The position numbers and the translations under genes were made by a program. DNA of 64,000 nucleotides from Methanobrevibacter sp. (GTDB lineage Archaea; Methanobacteriota; Methanobacteria; Methanobacteriales; Methanobacteriaceae), in assembly GCA_017434555.1 (NCBI GenBank), contig JAFRFB010000048.1, forward strand, positions 11,488-75,487, given 5' to 3'. Positions 60,853-64,000 of the stretch are shown in pieces. Under the pieces are notes generated by a model. The model did no database searches. It was not told where the DNA came from and saw nothing but the letters and a program-made list of their open reading frames with translations. Within the stretch, counting starts at the first letter, position 1, and every line of letters begins with the position of its first letter.

Positions 60853-63795
60853 TTAACTTGAAATAGTAATTTTATTTGAAATACTTAAATTATTATAAGT
60901 GGAAGTGATAATATACTCACCAGCCATTAAATTAATGTTTAAACGAGCAATACCATTTTCATCACTAACACGAGTATAAAATACGCCATTAACGTTGAAT
61001 GTAACACTTGAACCGGCCAATGGATTGCCTGTACCGTCCAATACTTTTACTTCAAACTTGGATCCATCCTTATATTTCATTGTTAAATCTTTAGCTTGTA
61101 AAGTAGGCAGTACTTTTATATTATTAGAAGATTTAAATCCATTATAATCCGCTGTGATAATATAATCCCCAGGATTGAGATTTATATTCAATTTAACATG
61201 ACTTGAAGCATTTGTATAACGAGTATAGAATACTCCATTAATATTGAATGTTACACTCACATTAGCACCTGCCGGATTGCCCTGATTGTCCAAAAGTTTA
61301 ATGACATACTGTGAATCGTTTCTATAATACTTAACCAAATTATGATTCTCCACGATTGGAGGTAAAACAGTTATATTGTTGGAATACATTTCACCAGTAT
61401 TTGAATTAGTTGCCGTTATAATATAAACTCCAGGATTTAAATTAATATTCAAACGAGCAACACCAGAATCATTTGTTGAACGAGTATACATTACACCATT
61501 GATATTAAAGGTTACCGGAGTATTTTTGGCCAAAGTTTTTCCTGTAGAATCCATAAATTTAGCACTATATTGAGTTCCATTACGGTATATTTTTGTAATG
61601 TCGGATCCATCGACCGTACTTTTAATTTTAACAGTTGAATATACACTAGATGAATTGAATTCAGTAGTGACGGCATAAACACCACTAGATAAGCCCAATG
61701 CCAATGATGCTGAACCATTATTGTTAGTGACTCTTGTATAATCAACACCATTGATATTGATTTTAATGCTAGCATTAGCAATAGGCAATGCATTGTTATC
61801 AGTTAAAGAAATTATAAAACGTTCTGAACCTTTATAATACTTTTCTACATCAGGAGCTGTTATTACAGGATAATAATCATCTACCTGAAGTACAATAACA
61901 GAATCTGATGAATTAAAAATAGAATCTCCAGAATATTTTGCAGTGACCAAATAATTTCCTGAACTTAAATTACTGACCAATACTTTTGCAACTCCATTTT
62001 CAACAGTAGCATTATAATATGTACTATTAAGTTCAAAAGTGACTTTACCTGTGGCATTTAAAGGATAAACATTAGCTGATAAAATAAAAGCATTAACTCC
62101 AAATGTTGGAGTGTATTCTGCATAAATTAAAGTATCAATCTTATTAACTTCAAACTCAAATGAATCTCCACCACCATATTCAGGATAATTATTGAAAACA
62201 ACATAACCTGAATACTTTCCAACATTTAAATTAGGAATAGTTAAGTTAGCAATATTTTCAACGACTTTTGTAGTATAATTCTTATTATTGACAGTTATAT
62301 TGATACTACAATTATTAAATGTTTTATTTTCGGCATAAATATACATGAACATATTAAGATTATCGCCATAAGTAATATCTGAAACCTGGATATACATATC
62401 AACTAATTTCTGAATATAAAAGTCATCGCAGATAGTCTGATTGTCCAGCGTTATATCATCACTATAACTTGCAATAGTGTTACTTCCATCACCAGCATTA
62501 TTTTTTTCAAAAATAGAATTTTTAACATCTAACTTTTCGCCAACATATAATGCTCCACCACTTATTTTTGCATTATTTTCAGAAATTGTGGAATTAATGA
62601 TAACACCATCTTCAAGGATTATGGCACCGCCTTTTTCAGCACTGTTATTATTAAATGTTGAATTTACAATAGATGCATAAAAGTTACTGTAAATGGCTCC
62701 ACCCATTTTATTTGCAGAATTATTTGAATATATAGATTCATGAAGGTTTAATTCACCCTCTACAAAAATTGCACCACCGAAATCTGCAACATTATTTGTG
62801 AAAGATGAATTATACACATCCAGAATTATATAATCATCTATAAATATTGCACCGCCATTAGTTGCATTGTTGTTTACAAATTTAGAACCATATATTTCAG
62901 CATTTCCCCCGGTAAAACAAATAGAACCTGCTTTATCGGATGCATTATTATTATCAAATATACAATTGCTTATATTCAATCCACTGACATCACAAAATAT
63001 TGCACCACCATTTTCAGCAGTATTGTTGATAAAAGTATTGTTGAGTAATGTACCTGAAAGGCCATCCCAATAAATAGCGCCCCCTTCATCAGCGGAATTA
63101 CTATTGAAAACAGTTTTTTCAACCAAACCTTCTTTTCCTACCCAAATAATTGCACCGCCACTTTCAGCAGAATTATTAAAGAAATAACAGTTAGAAATGA
63201 GTCCGTGGTTAGCATTCCAATATATGATGCTTCCAAAGTTTGCATTATTGTCTATAAACTTAGAATCGTATAAATGGCCTATGTTACCTATCCAATCAAT
63301 TAACTCACCATCAAAAGCATAATTGTTTTTGAAAGAACAATTCTGAATTGTACCATTGTCGCCACCCCACAAAATTATACCTTCATAATTATCCAGATTC
63401 CAATTAATAAAATTAATATTTTTCAAAACAATATTGTTTCCATAAGCAACAAATAAATTAGACAAACTAGATCCGTTTCCATCAAAGAAATGTCCCTGCC
63501 CATTTATAGTCACATTTTCAAAAATATATATTCCATCAGTCACATTGGTCTGGGAACAGTAATAATCTCTATTTAAATTAATCACATCCCCAGGATTTGC
63601 ATTTTGAATTATATTATCAAGTTCATCTAATGTTTTAGCATCATTATTAGAACTTTCTAATTTATCAGAGATATTAAAACTAAGTTCATCATGATTTAAA
63701 GTGTTATTTTCATCATTATCATAAGCAGTCACGGATGTCATAGAGCACAATAATATAACTGCTAAAAACACAATAAAAACATACTTTATTTTCAT
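60853..63795 (-). CDS. Adhesin-like protein (Pmp-type GGAI repeats, Ig-like, C-terminal ALP repeats)
   Basis: Start MKIKYVF at 63795; GGAIxW repeats; C-terminal VTFNINGVFYTR repeats. Confidence 0.88.
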   Translation of the reverse strand: MKIKYVFIVFLAVILLCSMTSVTAYDNDENNTLNHDELSFNISDKLESSNNDAKTLDELDNIIQNANPGDVINLNRDYYCSQTNVTDGIYIFENVTINGQGHFFDGNGSSLSNLFVAYGNNIVLKNINFINWNLDNYEGIILWGGDNGTIQNCSFKNNYAFDGELIDWIGNIGHLYDSKFIDNNANFGSIIYWNANHGLISNCYFFNNSAESGGAIIWVGKEGLVEKTVFNSNSADEGGAIYWDGLSGTLLNNTFINNTAENGGAIFCDVSGLNISNCIFDNNNASDKAGSICFTGGNAEIYGSKFVNNNATNGGAIFIDDYIILDVYNSSFTNNVADFGGAIFVEGELNLHESIYSNNSANKMGGAIYSNFYASIVNSTFNNNSAEKGGAIILEDGVIINSTISENNAKISGGALYVGEKLDVKNSIFEKNNAGDGSNTIASYSDDITLDNQTICDDFYIQKLVDMYIQVSDITYGDNLNMFMYIYAENKTFNNCSINITVNNKNYTTKVVENIANLTIPNLNVGKYSGYVVFNNYPEYGGGDSFEFEVNKIDTLIYAEYTPTFGVNAFILSANVYPLNATGKVTFELNSTYYNATVENGVAKVLVSNLSSGNYLVTAKYSGDSIFNSSDSVIVLQVDDYYPVITAPDVEKYYKGSERFIISLTDNNALPIANASIKININGVDYTRVTNNNGSASLALGLSSGVYAVTTEFNSSSVYSTVKIKSTVDGSDITKIYRNGTQYSAKFMDSTGKTLAKNTPVTFNINGVMYTRSTNDSGVARLNINLNPGVYIITATNSNTGEMYSNNITVLPPIVENHNLVKYYRNDSQYVIKLLDNQGNPAGANVSVTFNINGVFYTRYTNASSHVKLNINLNPGDYIITADYNGFKSSNNIKVLPTLQAKDLTMKYKDGSKFEVKVLDGTGNPLAGSSVTFNVNGVFYTRVSDENGIARLNINLMAGEYIITSTYNNLSISNKITISS

Positions 63796-63873
63796 CAATT
63801 TTTCCTCCAATTTGTTTATATATAAAAAATATAGAAAATAAAATATATAATATTTATCAAATGATTTTCATAT

Positions 63874-64000
63874 GGGACTGTCATTTTGTTAGGACTTTTT
63901 TTCTATTTTCAATCCATCCATTTTTTCTTGCCATAATATAATCAAATATTCCTTCTGGCGTTCTATAAATTCTTTTTGTATGTTTATCTAATGTATTTCC
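63874..64000 (-). mobile_element. Probable end of a second IS: transposase-like C-terminus plus putative terminal IR
   Basis: Open frame 64000-63881 reads GNTLDKHTKRIYRTPEGIFDYIMARKNGWIENRKKVLTK*. The stop lies inside a GC-richer GGGACTGTCATTTTGTTAGGAC end next to AT-rich DNA. The partner IR is outside the window. Confidence 0.45.

Noticed and set aside
323-63073. Many short ORFs in the track antisense to or nested in long genes (e.g. 1970-2236, 13883-14263, 23849-24319, 33148-33498, 54401-54835)
   Set aside because: Shadows of well-supported genes on the other strand or frame; no RBS or recognisable motifs.
1-64000. tRNA or rRNA genes
   Set aside because: Intergenic regions are short and AT-rich; no cloverleaf or GC-rich structural RNA was seen.

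Overview
AT-rich archaeal chromosome segment from a Methanobacteriales methanogen, most likely Methanobrevibacter (inferred from gene content, the adhesin-like protein repeats and GGAG/GGTG-type RBSs). 1-14.7 kb holds C1 and pterin-cofactor genes: the 3' part of an NrpR-family gene, two DUF2097 paralogues, fwdHFGDBAC, divergent mobB-moaA and fdhCAB. 14.9-28.7 kb is an accessory block with an ExbB/ExbD-like ion-channel trio (DUF2162-like, MotA/TolQ/ExbB, DUF2149; resembles Bacteroidetes hmuTUV), three beta-helix surface proteins and a FecCD-type ABC importer plus fmdE. 28.7-53.8 kb is largely housekeeping: fdhD, hxlB, a ModE/LysR-type regulator, a PfkB kinase, a radical SAM gene, a ThiC/Bza-family gene, a PAN-like AAA+ ATPase lacking the HbYX tail, class I lysS, polC, nrdD, rpl21e-rpoF-DUF655-rsmA-hemK2, dapF-lysA, argD and a cyclophilin. 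54-64 kb carries a frameshifted IS630, two large adhesin-like genes (one ending in a toxin-like hydrophobic helical domain) and the probable end of a second IS. No rRNA, tRNA or CRISPR array was seen. Best leads: (1) the outer-membrane-independent ExbBD-like trio with its anchored surface protein and nearby importer; (2) a repeated TGTG-N9-CACA operator at the fwd/mobB promoters; (3) the 1778-aa adhesin with a pore-former-like C-terminus; (4) a probable Bza-type ThiC paralogue; (5) the tail-less PAN; (6) a structured rpl21e leader. All family assignments come from recognising motifs by eye, not from database searches.
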